DNA from: Fistulifera solaris
Lineage: Eukaryota
Reading direction: 5' to 3'
NCBI GenBank assembly: GCA_030295235.1
Contig: AP026149.1
Span: 372,001 to 436,000 of the forward strand
DNA: 64,000 nucleotides
Program-made: the position numbers and the translations under genes
In this document: positions 1 to 13,400 of the stretch, one piece after another
Position numbering within the stretch: the stretch's first letter is position 1
Layout of the letters: the number at the start of each line of letters is the position of its first letter
Notes under the pieces: generated by a model
Told to the model about the DNA's origin: nothing
Databases searched by the model: none
Seen by the model: the letters and a program-made list of their open reading frames with translations, nothing else

Positions 1-89
1 TTAACAAACTAAACAAGAAAAGCGTGCCAAATGCTAGCAAACCTTGTCGAGCTCCCATCCATTTTCTTTGTGCGTGTCCCAACTGAACC

Positions 90-1138
90 CTAACGCTCAC
101 GAAACTTACCACCTCCGTAACCACCACCTCCGCCGCCGCCACGGCGATCATCATAACCTCCCCGATCGTATCCACCGCGATCGTAGCCACCGCCACCACC
201 GCCGTAGCCACCGCGATCATAGCCGCCACCGCCACCGCCGCCGTATCCACCTCCATATCCGCCACCTCGACCACCACCTCTGTCATTATCGTAGCCACCA
301 CCGTAGCCACCACCACCACCACCGCTGTATCCGCCACCGTACGAATCATAACCTCCACGGTCATAGCCTCCGCCTCCACGGCCACCTCCGCCGGGACCGC
401 GCTCGGAACCCATTCCTTTCGGTTGCGCCTCATTGACACGCAAAGCACGTCCATCGAGTTCATATCCCGACAACTTGTTGCAGGCTTCTTCGGCGGCCGC
501 CGCGGGCATGGTTACGAAACAGAAACCCCGCAGTTTGCCCGTATCACGATCCGTCGGCATGAAGCAATCCGACACGGTTCCGTACTGCTCAAACAAGCTC
601 TGAATAGACTCTTGCGTTGTCTCAAAGGCGAGATTGCCCACGTACAACTTAACATCCGGCTTGCCGGCGGCATTGAATCCGCTGCCACCGCCGCTACCAC
701 CACTGCCCTTCGGACGAGATTCGTTGACACGAATGGTACGCCCATCGAGTTGCGATTGATCCATCTTGGAGATGGCTTCTTCAGCCGCTTCGCGGGTCGC
801 CAACGTCACGAAACCGAAACCGCGGGGACGCGAGGTGCCGCGTTCGGTGGGCAAAAGACATCCGTCACCGTTCCGAACGCCGAAAACTCTTGACGTAGCT
901 TGGCTTCGTCCGTTGCTGTTCAAGAAGAAAAGGTATAATAATTGGATGAGTTAGTTGTTTGAGAAAGGATTTGAAGTAGGAGAAGAAAAAGAGCCAGCTC
1001 GCACGTACCGTAATCCAAGTTACCAATGTAGAGTTTGATACCTTCCGCTTCGCCGTTCCCATTCTCCGCCGTACGAGACTCCGAATCTTTCGAAGGACCA
1101 TTGCCTTCGGGACTACGTGAACGTTCTCGTTCCGACAT
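90..1138 (-). CDS. Glycine-rich RNA-binding protein with two RRM domains and a GGY/RGG-rich tail
   Basis: Exon 1 1138-1009 (MSER...[12 protein letters not shown]2). GT-AG intron 1008-916 with an ACTAAC branch point. Exon 2 reads [21 protein letters not shown], then one T is missing in a T-run (~855) before LPTERG..RGFGFV (RNP1). The second RRM has KLYVGNL/RGFCFV. Confidence 0.9.
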
Positions 1139-2892
1139 GTTGTTATGCTTTTCTTAATTATTGAATATTCAAATAATGATTGTGCAATGAGAACTTTTTA
1201 TTATTTGACAAGTCTGGTGGTGTCCATGGACAACGCCGCAACAGATGGCTTTTCGTCGCTGCAAAGCAGAGATCTTTTTTTTTTTTCTCTCTGTGGTCCA
1301 AAAGGTGTCCGTCCGTACTCCCACCAACTCCAAAAGGAACGAAGAACATCATCTCTGTCGGAACGGTTTCTGAAAACTATGAAAGCAAAGTGTTGTCCGC
1401 TTTTCGCCAAGACTGGATTTCAATCACGGGACACGAACGACTTGTGTGTGTACTATCGATGTTCCAGAAAGATACTGCCTGACAGAGCTGCTCTAAACTA
1501 TGAACAAACAACATTATCTTCATTTTCTAATACCAGGTAGCTACCAGGTAGCCTTTTTGATTGCCTTACGGTGTGTAGTTCCAAAATGGAGGTTACCTTG
1601 CTTCACAACTGGGGATTCAGTCTTGAGTTCGGAACGACTTTATTTCGGGATCCTTCACTCTTGTGTGATACGACTGCAAAAGGGTGAGGACATCTCATCC
1701 ATTGATTAGCTACATGTACAGTGCACTTCAGCTTACCGCACGATGATTATTTCCTGAAATCTTTCCATTCAGAAATTGCTCTATAGGACCAAACTGTTGT
1801 CTCTTTGTACGACTTGAATTCAGTCATGAGTTATGAATGAACTTTTCAAAAATGCTAACAATCGTTTAGTATATGCTATAAAGTGCAGCCGGTCATTTGT
1901 CTTTCCCCAACCGAATCCAAAACAAGAACTTGAACCTCAAACACATTTTTGATTGTAAAACAATAAGTGGAACGGACAGTCCCACCATCGGAAGGAAGCC
2001 AGACGCCAGATCACGTCTTGGAGTCAATCCTTCCCTTCGCCCTGCGTGACGCACTTGTCGCTCTCTCTCATTATTTTTGAGTGGTTGTCATGGCGGCAAG
2101 CCTACACGCGTCTCTCATGACGTCACTTTGATGAAAAATACTGCTCGGAGTATAGAAAAACAGTAGTCGCAACTTGGCGATCTTCATTACCTGATGATGA
2201 CCTGGAAGTGTTTCCGTTTGTATGATGTGGCAGGAACGGGTTCCGTGCGAAAGAGATTCGAAGATTCCAATTCTGTTGTGGTCGTGTGCCTCGTCTGTTC
2301 TGGTGCTAAATTCGTACCGCGAAAAGTCTTCTCTGTGCAGAACTACGTGACTTTGGTAGGCATTGGAGTCCCGGTCTCGCGCCCGGCCAACCGAATGCGC
2401 GGACCTTCAAAATTCATTCCACACGTGGTTTGGCACTTTTCGTTTGTCACACAAATCATTCAAGAATCGTTCGAACCGAACAGATTCATATCCCTTCCAT
2501 CAAATACTTTTAACCAAAAGTTCCCGATCGCTCCTCTTGTGTCTCAAGAGGACGTTGAACAGTTGAAAACGTTCCCCCACACCAACTTCCGGCAATCTCT
2601 CGTGAAAGGTACGACCGGTGGGCCACATCACTGTAGTTTCTAGAAAGACTGCCTTTGTCTTTGGCAGACGTGCGGTCGATGAGCTGCTGTAGATTTTTAG
2701 CCTAGTATATTGTATTGTTGTGTTTTGTATTCGCATGAGCGAAAGCTCTTCGATAAGAAAGAATGGTAGTTTTCCCGTTCTTTGACGACGAGATTCTCCG
2801 ACTGTTTCTCTGACGTTGTCCTCTCTTTCTGCACAACAGGAGGAACCAGGGCCTGTAATCGCGCCAATAGTCCACTTGAAATTTGAAGAATC

Positions 2893-4098
2893 ATGAAATT
2901 GAATAGCAGCAGTCTAACGCAAGTGGAAGTTCCTTCTCTTCGCCCACTCGATAGCAGCAGTGATGATGAAAGTTCGCGCTCGAGCAATCCCGAATCGTTG
3001 AGTTACGAATCGGAAACCTCGAAATGGTGTACACCGGTAGAGCCCCATGTCGGATACAAGAAAGTTCTCGTGACCGGCGGTGCTGGCTTTATTGGATCGC
3101 ACGTCGCGGAATACTTATTGCAACGTGGAGATGATGTGGTGATCATTGACGAGATGAACGACTATTACGATGTTCGTATTAAGGAGTCGAACTTGGCCAA
3201 CCTTCAGCTAAAGTACCAGGACGAAAAACGGTTGAAGATTTACCGTGGCGACATCTGCGACGAGAATTTGATGCTCCAAATTTTCGAAGAAGAACGCCCG
3301 GAGTGGGTCTGTCATATGGCTGCCAGGGCCGGTGTGCGTCCTTCGATTCAGGATCCCTATGTTTACATCCATAGTAACATCAAGGGAACCACTCATTTGA
3401 TGGAGCTTTCGGCTCGATTTGGTGTCAAGAACTTTGTCTTTGCCAGCAGTTCTTCGGTGTATGGAGGCTCCAAGTCTACGTTCTTTTCGGAAGATGAGGT
3501 GGTCGATAACCCTGTGTCGCCGTACGCTGCTAGTAAGAAGGCCTGCGAGCTTCTCGCGTACACGTACCATCATCTTTATCAACTGAACGTCACCGGCTTG
3601 CGTTTCTTCACGGTGTATGGGCCGCGTGGACGTCCAGACATGGCACCCTTCAAGTTCATTGATAGAATCAGTCGGGGCGTCGAAATTCAGCAATTTGGAG
3701 ACGGTAGCAGCAGCCGCGATTACACGTATATTTCCGACATTGTGGATGGCGTTGTGCGTGCCATCGATCGGCCCTATCCGTACCAGATTTTTAATTTGGG
3801 TAAAGGCAGCGGCACGTCGTTGAAAGACTTCATCGACATGGTTCAAAAGTACACGGAGAAACAAGCGATTGTGCGAGTCATGCCGGATCAGCCGGGCGAT
3901 GTTCCTTACACTTGCTGCTCTCCGTACAAAGCGGAGCATCTTCTAGGTTACAAGAGTAAGGTGACCTTTGAAGAAGGCATTCGCCGTACCGTCTCGTGGT
4001 ACAAGGATGCGTACGACAAACATGACATTGACGTTTGCCCGGAAACACAAGCGAACGGTCTAGGCCGCGCCCCGTCGATGGTCGAGCTTCGTAACTGA
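2893..4098 (+). CDS. UDP-glucuronate 4-epimerase-like NAD-dependent epimerase/dehydratase
   Basis: GGAGFIG Rossmann motif, HMAARAGVRPS, ASSSSVYG, YAASK catalytic motif, GLRFFTVYGPRGRPDMA, SSRDYTY, QPGDV. Confidence 0.9.
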   Translation: MKLNSSSLTQVEVPSLRPLDSSSDDESSRSSNPESLSYESETSKWCTPVEPHVGYKKVLVTGGAGFIGSHVAEYLLQRGDDVVIIDEMNDYYDVRIKESNLANLQLKYQDEKRLKIYRGDICDENLMLQIFEEERPEWVCHMAARAGVRPSIQDPYVYIHSNIKGTTHLMELSARFGVKNFVFASSSSVYGGSKSTFFSEDEVVDNPVSPYAASKKACELLAYTYHHLYQLNVTGLRFFTVYGPRGRPDMAPFKFIDRISRGVEIQQFGDGSSSRDYTYISDIVDGVVRAIDRPYPYQIFNLGKGSGTSLKDFIDMVQKYTEKQAIVRVMPDQPGDVPYTCCSPYKAEHLLGYKSKVTFEEGIRRTVSWYKDAYDKHDIDVCPETQANGLGRAPSMVELRN

Positions 4099-4498
4099 AC
4101 AAAGAGTTCTGCAAGATCCTAAATATCCGTCTAAGTATCAACGTACGTCTTTTCTTACAGACATTTTTGGTTGCCTTGTTTCTTCTTAGTTCGTGGTAGA
4201 TTTTTGTGGCCTCTCCGACCTCTAGTTGAATCGTGGCCAGCGACCAATTCAGACATGGACCAAAGTACTGCTGGCGCGTGGGATGGGATATCTACCATGT
4301 ACCAGGTAATAATTGGCGATGAAACTCTTCAGAACTGAAAAGTGGTCGTTTGTTGAAGCAACTCTTGGACGTTCCCAAGGGCGAAGCGGATAGCTTAGTC
4401 TTGTTGTTAGAAACGTGATATCGTTCTACAGCGGTTGTCTCTTTACGGTCTGTAAAAACTCTATAAAAATTCATAAGCTATACAAGTGAAACGATCGC

Positions 4499-5038
4499 CT
4501 AATTCTTTTCAACTCCTCCATCTAGGCTGACGACACTCGATTTAAATTGCGTAGTCTCTTCTTTGAGTTCAGGAATAGCTTGCTTTGCAGATTGTGGAAC
4601 TCCCGCAGATGATTTGTCAGGAACCACCCAGCCAGCTACGACAGCATGCGGACCCGATTCAACGGGTTGCAAGTAGCGACGGGCCAGCTTTCGTGGACGA
4701 ACCGTGTGGTTTCGTACGTCCAATCCCTCTCGCAACGCTTGACTAGTCTTTTCTGTCGCTTTCTTATCCGAAACTTCCACCCACTTCTGTTGAGAATCTT
4801 GCTTCAAAAAGCGCCCGCCGTTTGCTTTGACAATCGCCACAATTTTTCGAGCAAATAAGACTTTATCTTTCTTCCGTGCAGCAAGATACTCGGCCTGATG
4901 GAAAGACACTATCGTGCGGTACCGTTTGTTCCCTTCATGGTTGTTCGTAGCTCCACCACGTCCCATTAATACGTCGTTTACGGCAATGCGGGTCGCGCAT
5001 TCGGGCATTTCTGACGAATTCATCTCGAAGACTTGCAT
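4499..5038 (-). CDS. DUF6824 domain protein (diatom-expanded family)
   Basis: NDVLMGRGGATNNHEGNKRYR...GGRFLK...W.EV...A.EKTSQALRE signature. Confidence 0.8.
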   Translation of the reverse strand: MQVFEMNSSEMPECATRIAVNDVLMGRGGATNNHEGNKRYRTIVSFHQAEYLAARKKDKVLFARKIVAIVKANGGRFLKQDSQQKWVEVSDKKATEKTSQALREGLDVRNHTVRPRKLARRYLQPVESGPHAVVAGWVVPDKSSAGVPQSAKQAIPELKEETTQFKSSVVSLDGGVEKN

Positions 5039-5790
5039 ACAAGAGAAAAGCTCTGGGTAGTTGTCTAGTAGATGTTGTAATCAATGATGATTGCATGACG
5101 TTATGTTTCGATAATGTTGCAACCCTTTCTCACGATTGCCCTCTCGTATGACTTCTCCAATCATTTCTCCCAATCACGCAAAAATCGCCGTTCCACGACC
5201 TAAACGAAAACAGTGAAATGTCGCCGCTTTCAATTTTAGACTACGACTAGAGATCGAAAACCATGAAACCTCGGAACACCATCGAACGAAAAGTAACGAG
5301 TAAAAAAAAAACGAGTCAGTCGTGCATGGGCGGACAAGGCAAAAAGCTTAAACATGCAGATGCGGGATTGGAAAAAAGGCAAACACGGTTTTATGCTGCA
5401 TGCTGGAAGCCCGTGTAAAAATGGACATTTTATTACGGTCATTCCAAATTCACCCCTGAAAACGTGGTCATTTCTTAAATTTGGGAGTTGCTCTTCCCCA
5501 AGTTTGTTGGTCAATTTACACTGCTGTCCTAAAACTACCTACATCTAGGTTAGACTGGAGCAATGAAATTAGCTCAGGTAATAGTACAATTGTAAATGAA
5601 GACTAATCTGCCTTATTTAATGAAGACGAAGCGATTTCCTTCAACCGCGCACTTCGGGATAATTATTGCCTACTAGACCCATCAAGACTAGTAACGACCG
5701 CGTCATTCTCATAATGATCGTCGTTTTCCTATTGGATATTGCGTCTCGGGAATAGAACAAGTCTCTTGGTTGTGTTGCCTCCTTGCGTCT

Positions 5791-6846
5791 CTAAACTACC
5801 ATAAGTCCAGATATATCGCCATCGTTCACGTTTATACGATTTTGGCCGGATGTTGGGGTTTCATCCGTTTCTATCCTATCGTATCCTGATATTTTTGTCA
5901 CTTTTTCTGTTTCGATCGCAAAGAGGACGACCCCAGTCACGACTGTTACGAGAGCTAATGATTTTTGTGGAGTAAAGCACATCTCCTCGCCACCGACTCT
6001 TCCACAGAATAAGATGTGAGTGAATACAAACACGATCACAGCTTGGAGTCCTTTCATGACTCCCGCACTAGTCGCGCCCCCGGGGTAATGTTTGAGTGTG
6101 TGATAAAAGGCCAAGGAGTGAACTAGATTCGCAAAACCGAAACCCGACATTATAATCGTAGCCGTCCACCAAGTCGTCCCCGCTTCCTTCATTGGTTCAA
6201 TCACAACTTGTTGCCAGCGAGGAAAGGTGTAAATAGACTGCCATACACCTAGAGCAGCGGCTGCTAGGAAGGATTGAATGGCTGTATTCTGTCGCACAGA
6301 TAATTGGTCTTTATCGTGTGTCATGATGGCTTCTGAGAATACGTAGGACCCAGCATGCATCGCTGATCCTAGGACAACCAAAAATGCCCCAGTCTTCACT
6401 TCACCTCCCATTTCAGCAGATTGTAAAGTAGTTAAAGCTAGTCCTCCAAAAACAATCCATACAGCAAGCCATTGCACCCAGTTGAGAGTTCTTCCCAAAA
6501 TAAATCGGCTACAGACGGCCACCCATATTGTCACGGAGCTATATATTACAGCGAACACAGTCGATCCCGCCAGTCCAGCACCTGTGTAATTCAAGGCTTG
6601 GGCTATTATATCGAAAAAGGCAATTCCACAAGCTTTCAAAACTGCCATCTTGGCAGGGATGGGCTCCGATCCGATGGTAAGGACCACAAGTGCTGGTCCC
6701 AGATAATAGAAAAACATGTAGAACTGAGCTACCGGATCGGCAAGTCCTGCTTGTTTGCAAACGGTCATAATAAGAGGCTGACAGACTCCTGAGAGTAGGT
6801 AGAGGAAGGCGGAAAAATAGGCATTGCTCGATGACATGAACGACAT
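5791..6846 (-). CDS. Drug/metabolite transporter (DMT/EamA/SLC35-like) membrane protein
   Basis: 351 aa with about 9-10 hydrophobic segments; FAVIYSSVTIW...SRFILGRTLNWVQW is typical of DMT repeats. Confidence 0.7.
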   Translation of the reverse strand: MSFMSSSNAYFSAFLYLLSGVCQPLIMTVCKQAGLADPVAQFYMFFYYLGPALVVLTIGSEPIPAKMAVLKACGIAFFDIIAQALNYTGAGLAGSTVFAVIYSSVTIWVAVCSRFILGRTLNWVQWLAVWIVFGGLALTTLQSAEMGGEVKTGAFLVVLGSAMHAGSYVFSEAIMTHDKDQLSVRQNTAIQSFLAAAALGVWQSIYTFPRWQQVVIEPMKEAGTTWWTATIIMSGFGFANLVHSLAFYHTLKHYPGGATSAGVMKGLQAVIVFVFTHILFCGRVGGEEMCFTPQKSLALVTVVTGVVLFAIETEKVTKISGYDRIETDETPTSGQNRINVNDGDISGLMVV

Positions 6847-7202
6847 TTTTCGACGAAGTCTGAGAGCCGAATCGAGGCGTAGCCGCCTGGAGTGCTTTGT
6901 GCAAAGTAAAGACTTAATTTTCTTTTATTTTGGGGTTATCGTAGATTGATAGAAGACATAATCGTCAACGTCGGCGGCGTCTCAAACAAAGCGGAGATGA
7001 TTCGCGAAAAACGAGGCGGAGATTCGAAAAAACACGCTGCGCACCAGGTAAAGGTCATACCGGTACCGGTACCTTACTGAGTCTCTGAGGCAAGCGATGG
7101 AAAAAGGGAAGAGACGAGGAAAGCTACGAGTTTACTAACAGGCTTGAAAGAATAACAGGTTTACTAACAGCCTTGAAAGAAGCATCAAAACTGTTTGTAT
7201 AT

Positions 7203-9796
7203 TTACAAGATACGAAATCCTGAATCTACGTCGTTCCATCCGTGTTTACTCAGAAATGTGTCGACTGGTGTATCCCTTTTGGCTTCGGCGGGCGACTTTG
7301 CGTTCGATCTACCCCTTCCCCACAACGAGAAACCAGAATCAACCTTGTTCCACCCTTTCCGTTGGAACAAGTCATCTTCGTTAACGGATGAAACTGTACG
7401 ATCCAGTCCTTTTATGCAGTTGTCTCTGAGAAGGTCAGCGAAAACGTTTTGAACAGCCCGCTTTCGACGCCCCAGCTGGTCTGTATCCCACGCGAGCAGT
7501 TCTGCATCTTGCAGCACCCTAGTTATGAACACGGCTTCATTCTTAGTTAAACTTCCTGATGGTGCATGTCGCAGCATCGCCTTCAAAATAATGTCAATTA
7601 AAGTTTTGTCGGGTAGAATTTTTTCCTGCTCTCTCATTTCAAAATATAACTTCGTCGCCTTCGGCAAAGATGTCCTCGATTTCATTAGCGACGAAATAAG
7701 TGTTGAGAAAGTAATGACGTCTGGGGCTATACGATAAAATGAGCGTTTTTGGCGAAAATGAAAGTCAAACACCTGCAATGCTGTCGATTCACAATTGCAT
7801 TTGCAACTAACAGCCAGGAATGCATTGAGAGCCACCAAATCAGGTTTCTCGAGTCTTCGAAGAGCATCTAAAGCTGCACCTATATCTCCTGCGGAGCCGC
7901 ATGCGCGAATAACAGCAGTTGTAACCTTCGGACTGGCGTCCGGAATGATTCTGTCATTCTCAAGCTTGTCGACCAACACTAATGCCTCTGAAACTCGTGG
8001 CGGTTGGCATCTTCCCATCGCTTCGACCAGCGTTGCAACCGTAGCTGTGTTTGGGCGGATTCCGCTTTTCATCAAAAATCCGAAGAATAGAGCATCCTTC
8101 ATCGACTTTCGAGTCTAGAATATCTGGGTCTTCCGATGCTTCACTGGAAGCAATTATCGCAGAAATAAAGGCGCTACAGGTAATTGATGTGGGACGTAAC
8201 CCCGAGGAAATCATCAAAGCGAGAACTCGCTTCGCCTGGTCGATCTTCCCATGCCGAGCAAGCGCTGCAATGAAGCATGTGTAGGTAAATTCATTCGGTT
8301 GGACAGACCGTTCTTTCATGCATTCAAAGAGACGAGCAGCTTTGTCAAGCTGTCCATCTTTACCATAAGCATCCAGAAGCTCAGTGTAAGCTTCAACGTT
8401 TGGATGCTGGGGGTAATCCTTATCATTTATTTTAAAAGTGCGCTCCATGAGGATGTCTTCTGCCATGTCGAGATTCTTCGCGGCCACGGCAGCATGAACA
8501 AGTGTATTAGTGGTCACTGAATCCCATTTCCTTTGCTGCTTCATCTTAGCAGCCAGCTGAAGTGCAGAATCCGTATCACCGATTTTGGCAAAGCCTTTCA
8601 TCATGATGTTGTACGTCCGTAAATTGGCACGGGGGCTTGGATGAGCAATGAATACTGACGGCTGAACGGTGGTATCTGGTTCCATCTGCTCGAAAATGAC
8701 GCGTGCTTTATCCAACGCATTGCAATTGATATAAGCATCTATGAGACTGTTCAAGAGAATAGTATCCGGTACAATGCCGTTTTTCTCCGCGCTCCGAACA
8801 AGCCAGTCGATATGGTTAACATCACCGATTCTTCCGTAACCTTTCAACAGAATGGAATACGTAACTTTTGAAAGTTGAGGAGCAGTTGGTGTCCGTTCTT
8901 GTAATGCGACAATACGATGAGCCATATCCATCTTTCCAGCGTTGGAAAATGCGTTTAACACCATGTTGAAATCTTTTTCTGACAAAGCCGACGAGCGAGA
9001 ACTTGTCTGACGCCTTACTCCGACACCCGTCAAAAGTCGCTGCAATATTCGAAAGGAGAGTTCCAAGCTACGAAGCTCCTCACCATTTTCATCTCCATTA
9101 TTTATTTGCGCTTCGCTGAGTTGAGTTATAGCCCGTAATGCGGCCAGCAGAGTGCTCTCAGGAACGGCGTTGTATGGCGGAACGAGAGCTGTCGACTGCA
9201 ACTGCAAATAAATGGCCTTTGAACCCAAAAACAATCCGACGTTGCGTGTTTTTATCGTGTAGTGTCCCATCAGAATCTCCCGTAGAAAAAGATTTTCGAG
9301 CGAATGCTTGGATAGTTGCATCCACGTATTCCGAAATCGATATCCTTTCGTCGTCTCGAATTTGTATTTGATCGAAAATTCGCATCAACTCTTGCAGAGT
9401 CGGGTATGCTTCCAGCACATTTTGTTGCTGTAGCTGTCCGGTCAGACGTATTCCAAGCCTTTGTATCCGCGAAAAGTTCGCAGAAACAAACGGTGGTTCC
9501 TGAAACGATTCTTCCGTGGCTATCGTTTTCGAAACACCTCGTATCGTTTGCTTGTTGTTGATTCGACTTGAAGTTTGATACAATAAAATGAACTTGGGAC
9601 TTTTGCGAAAAATTCCAACTTTTATCAACGAGTTTCCCGGTGAGAATTGCATTGAAGCCACAAGATACACCATCACAGCAGATTGAAGGAGGCGATTTCT
9701 CTTGAGACCGGTCGTCGTGGAAAGTTGTTTGTTGGTTCTGGGTCGAATGTACGTAGCAGTTTTAAGTGGTTTTCTAGTTTGCGTAGGCTCATTCAT
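7203..9796 (-). CDS. Pentatricopeptide repeat (PPR) protein, split by two 1-nt homopolymer indels
   Basis: Multiple PPR motifs (VTYSILLKGY, PDTILLNSLIDAY, ANLRTYNIMMKGF, PNVEAYTELLDAYGKDG, PNEFTYTCFIAAL, PDVITFSTLISSL). ORFs 9158-9796, 7960-9321 and 7203-8102 join if one T is removed from runs near 9228 and 8075. Confidence 0.85.
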
Positions 9797-10571
9797 TTTA
9801 GTTGAAGTAGGATTTTGCTTTGTTGGTCTAATACGGATGCAAAGATTGAATTCTTATCATTTACCTTCTCTAAGTAAGCAAGAGAGGCCGATGAAAGATG
9901 TCTTATGTAAATAAAACGACGGCGGTGCGTGGAAACGGCTGACGCAATAATTTATTGCGACGCAAATTCTTCATGAAGTTTTCGAGTTATCCTTAATCGG
10001 TAACGTTAGGAGCCTATGCGACATCAGAAACGACTAGGGCTTCAAAGAGAAACAGGCCTTGAAACCAATCAATTATACGATGGCCTGGAGCTGAAGACAG
10101 TGAAGCGAGCAGCGACTGATCGTCTCAAGGAAATTCCATTGAGTGCAAATCTTGAACCTGATCGATTGACGATATTATGATGATGATGATTCATAAAAAA
10201 TTACCTCGAAGACGAGAATGGAAAGGCAAACACAATAAGAATAAGAAGCACGTCAGTCTACTGTGCAACTTAATTAGACGCGTAAAAGAATGAAGCATGG
10301 AAGACAGAATCTGCGATAGAAGCAGCTTGGCTTTCGAAAGTTGACTTGGAGTCGTTGAATAATTTTTTTGGTTTCATGCAAACCACACTAAACTATACTA
10401 GGCATCTTATTGGAAACAGGTGTATGATACTTAACGGTCCATGTTGTAGATCGTTGATTAGACTAGACATCAAGCTAGTGTTGATACAAAATGTCTTGTT
10501 AAATATGTTTTAGAAAGATCTACGACTACTCAAGTCTCTCTCTCAACCACCCGACAAGTGCTTTGTGTGAA

Positions 10572-10595
10572 TGGGTGGAGATTATAATCTCCGGT
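10572..10595 (-). promoter_or_regulatory. Histone 3' stem-loop-like element downstream of H4 copy 1
   Basis: Minus strand reads ACC GGAGAT TATA ATCTCC ACCCA: 6-bp stem, 4-nt loop, 67 nt after the stop codon. Confidence 0.75.
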
Positions 10596-10659
10596 TTGTG
10601 CAGTCGACAAACTGCAAATGCAACGGCATCAAAGCCAAGTCAAGCATCCAAAGAGACGC

Positions 10660-11046
<387 letters not shown>

Positions 11047-11422
11047 CTAAAGTGGGGAGCATTTGCTGCTGCTGCTCGACCGGCCGAGCCAAAGATGTTA
11101 CAGGGCTTTTCCTACGCGTTGTAAAGTGCAGTACAAAATGTACAGTGACCATCTTGGCGCACGCCTGTCATTCGTCAGTCGGCACCGTACAGTATCTTTC
11201 TTACGAGAGAACAATACCAGTCGACCTGCGCCACTTTTCTACGTGGCTGCTGGTATGATAAAGTTGTATGTAGAATCTGCTAGCAAATTTCCTGTAGAAC
11301 CGGAGGAGCGTTTGCATCTCGACATCGCTCGACAGTAACCGCGCTGTTCTCCCCCCTCAATTCCTTTCAGAACATCTCACAATTCATACGACCTTCAAGT
11401 CGAAACGTTTCTGCAATATTGA

Positions 11423-11842
<420 letters not shown>

Positions 11843-11872
11843 TGAACAGTGACAGCCGACTCATACGGTACA

Positions 11873-11896
11873 ACCGGAGGTTCTGACCTCCACCCA
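11873..11896 (+). promoter_or_regulatory. Histone 3' stem-loop-like element downstream of H3
   Basis: ACC GGAGGT TCTG ACCTCC ACCCA, 37 nt after the stop codon. It covaries with the H4 element (A-T versus G-C at stem position 5). Confidence 0.75.
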
Positions 11897-13043
11897 ACCC
11901 ACAGAGCTCTCTTGCGAACGATGATGTGTTGTTCTATTTTTGCGGTGAGATTTGTTGTAGACATTAAAAAGTAAACATCCTGGTATTGGATTCATCTTTT
12001 CGTACAAAACAAATAATGATTTTCTACGTTCAGCAATTGTAGTTTTACCCTTCTTAGATTTCCGTAGCACAAGAAGTGTTTTGCTTTCGCCACGTTCACG
12101 CTGGTCGCACCCTCGACTACTTTATAATCTTAAAGTACGGAACTCAAGGAACGCTTGTGAATGAACGAAGTCAAGATCCTACATCCTATCAATCGCCAAC
12201 GTGTTCTCCTGAATAGGGCCAAACTTTCTGATTTCGTTGTCACTCATTTGAAGCAATAGGAAAAGTTGTCGGAGCGCTGTTCGGACGAAACACTGTGATT
12301 TCCTTTTGAGGTGCGTAAGTAGCTTCAGGAAATGTTTTGTCCATCCACTATCGACAATACTTCGAATGTATAGCGTTCAGCGTATCAAGTTTATCATCAA
12401 CATCCAAACATTCACCAAAGAAGCGAGTCTCCGTTTTACCAGATCCCTCGTAAGATACGTCTGGGAGTTATTTAGTCATGGAGTAGGTCTAGATTTTAGT
12501 CCGAATGAATTAAGATCTCTATGTGTTATGCTTGAAAGTGTTGCCTACTAAACCGAAGGAGCCCATGTGGGTTTAAACTAAATGCGATGCTTATTCTATT
12601 CTTTCAAAAGTGTTAGGATAGAGTAATTGACGAATAGAAGCCTAAAAAACAACGAGACTACGAAAATCTCCCGTGTAAACCTTACGGAGTAGGACTTATG
12701 ACCTTAGCTAAAGAGCATTAAGAAGCGGTGACGCCATCAAAACGAACAAGGGGCATCCGCGGTCACATCGAATCTCTTCCACTTTTTGCGTCTCTGTAGT
12801 TTCTACGAGAAATTATACGAGGTTTACCCACGGAGACCGCGCCACCGAATGCGAACCGGTGGGTGGCAAGACGATTGTAGCACAACAGCATGTAGATTCA
12901 TGTAGAAATCGTACTAGTCGTGGAATCACGTAGACAATCTACAGGCCTCTTCGCGAAAACTCGTCCGAAGACCCAAATGATCGACAATGAAGCACACAAA
13001 TCCGAGTCAACACCCTTTTTGCTTCGTTTGAAATTCCTTCACC

Positions 13044-13400
13044 ATGGCCAAGACACCCTCCAAGCAATCTGCCAAGGCACCCAAGAAGGCCACCGGCGCA
13101 AAGACCAAGAGCAAGAAGCGTACCGAGACTTACTCTTCTTACATCTACAAGGTGCTGAAACAGGTTCACCCCGACACTGGTATCTCCAAGAAGGGCATGT
13201 CTATCATGAACTCCTTCATCAACGATATTTTCGAGCGCATCGCTACCGAGGCTGGAAAGCTTTCTACTTACAGCAAGAAGGCGACCCTCAGCAGCCGCGA
13301 AATCCAGACTGCCGTCCGACTCATGCTCCCCGGAGAATTGGCCAAGCACGCTGTCTCGGAAGGAACCAAGGCTGTCACCAAATTCTCCAGTAGCGCTTAA
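13044..13400 (+). CDS. H2B: Histone H2B
   Basis: [44 protein letters not shown]...[17 protein letters not shown]. Confidence 0.98.
   Translation: MAKTPSKQSAKAPKKATGAKTKSKKRTETYSSYIYKVLKQVHPDTGISKKGMSIMNSFINDIFERIATEAGKLSTYSKKATLSSREIQTAVRLMLPGELAKHAVSEGTKAVTKFSSSA

Noticed and set aside
44..436. His/Arg-rich 130-aa ORF on the plus strand
   Set aside because: It is the antisense shadow of the GGY/RGG-rich tail of the RNA-binding protein.
2194..2643. 149-aa ORF upstream of the epimerase as an extra coding exon
   Set aside because: No recognisable motifs, and splicing from the GT near 2609 to the AG at 2838 hits a stop before the epimerase ATG. More likely 5'UTR or promoter.
10150..10185. TTGAACCTGATC, resembling the TPP aptamer core
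   Set aside because: No upstream CTGAGA, no P5/P1 pairing and no thiamine gene nearby.
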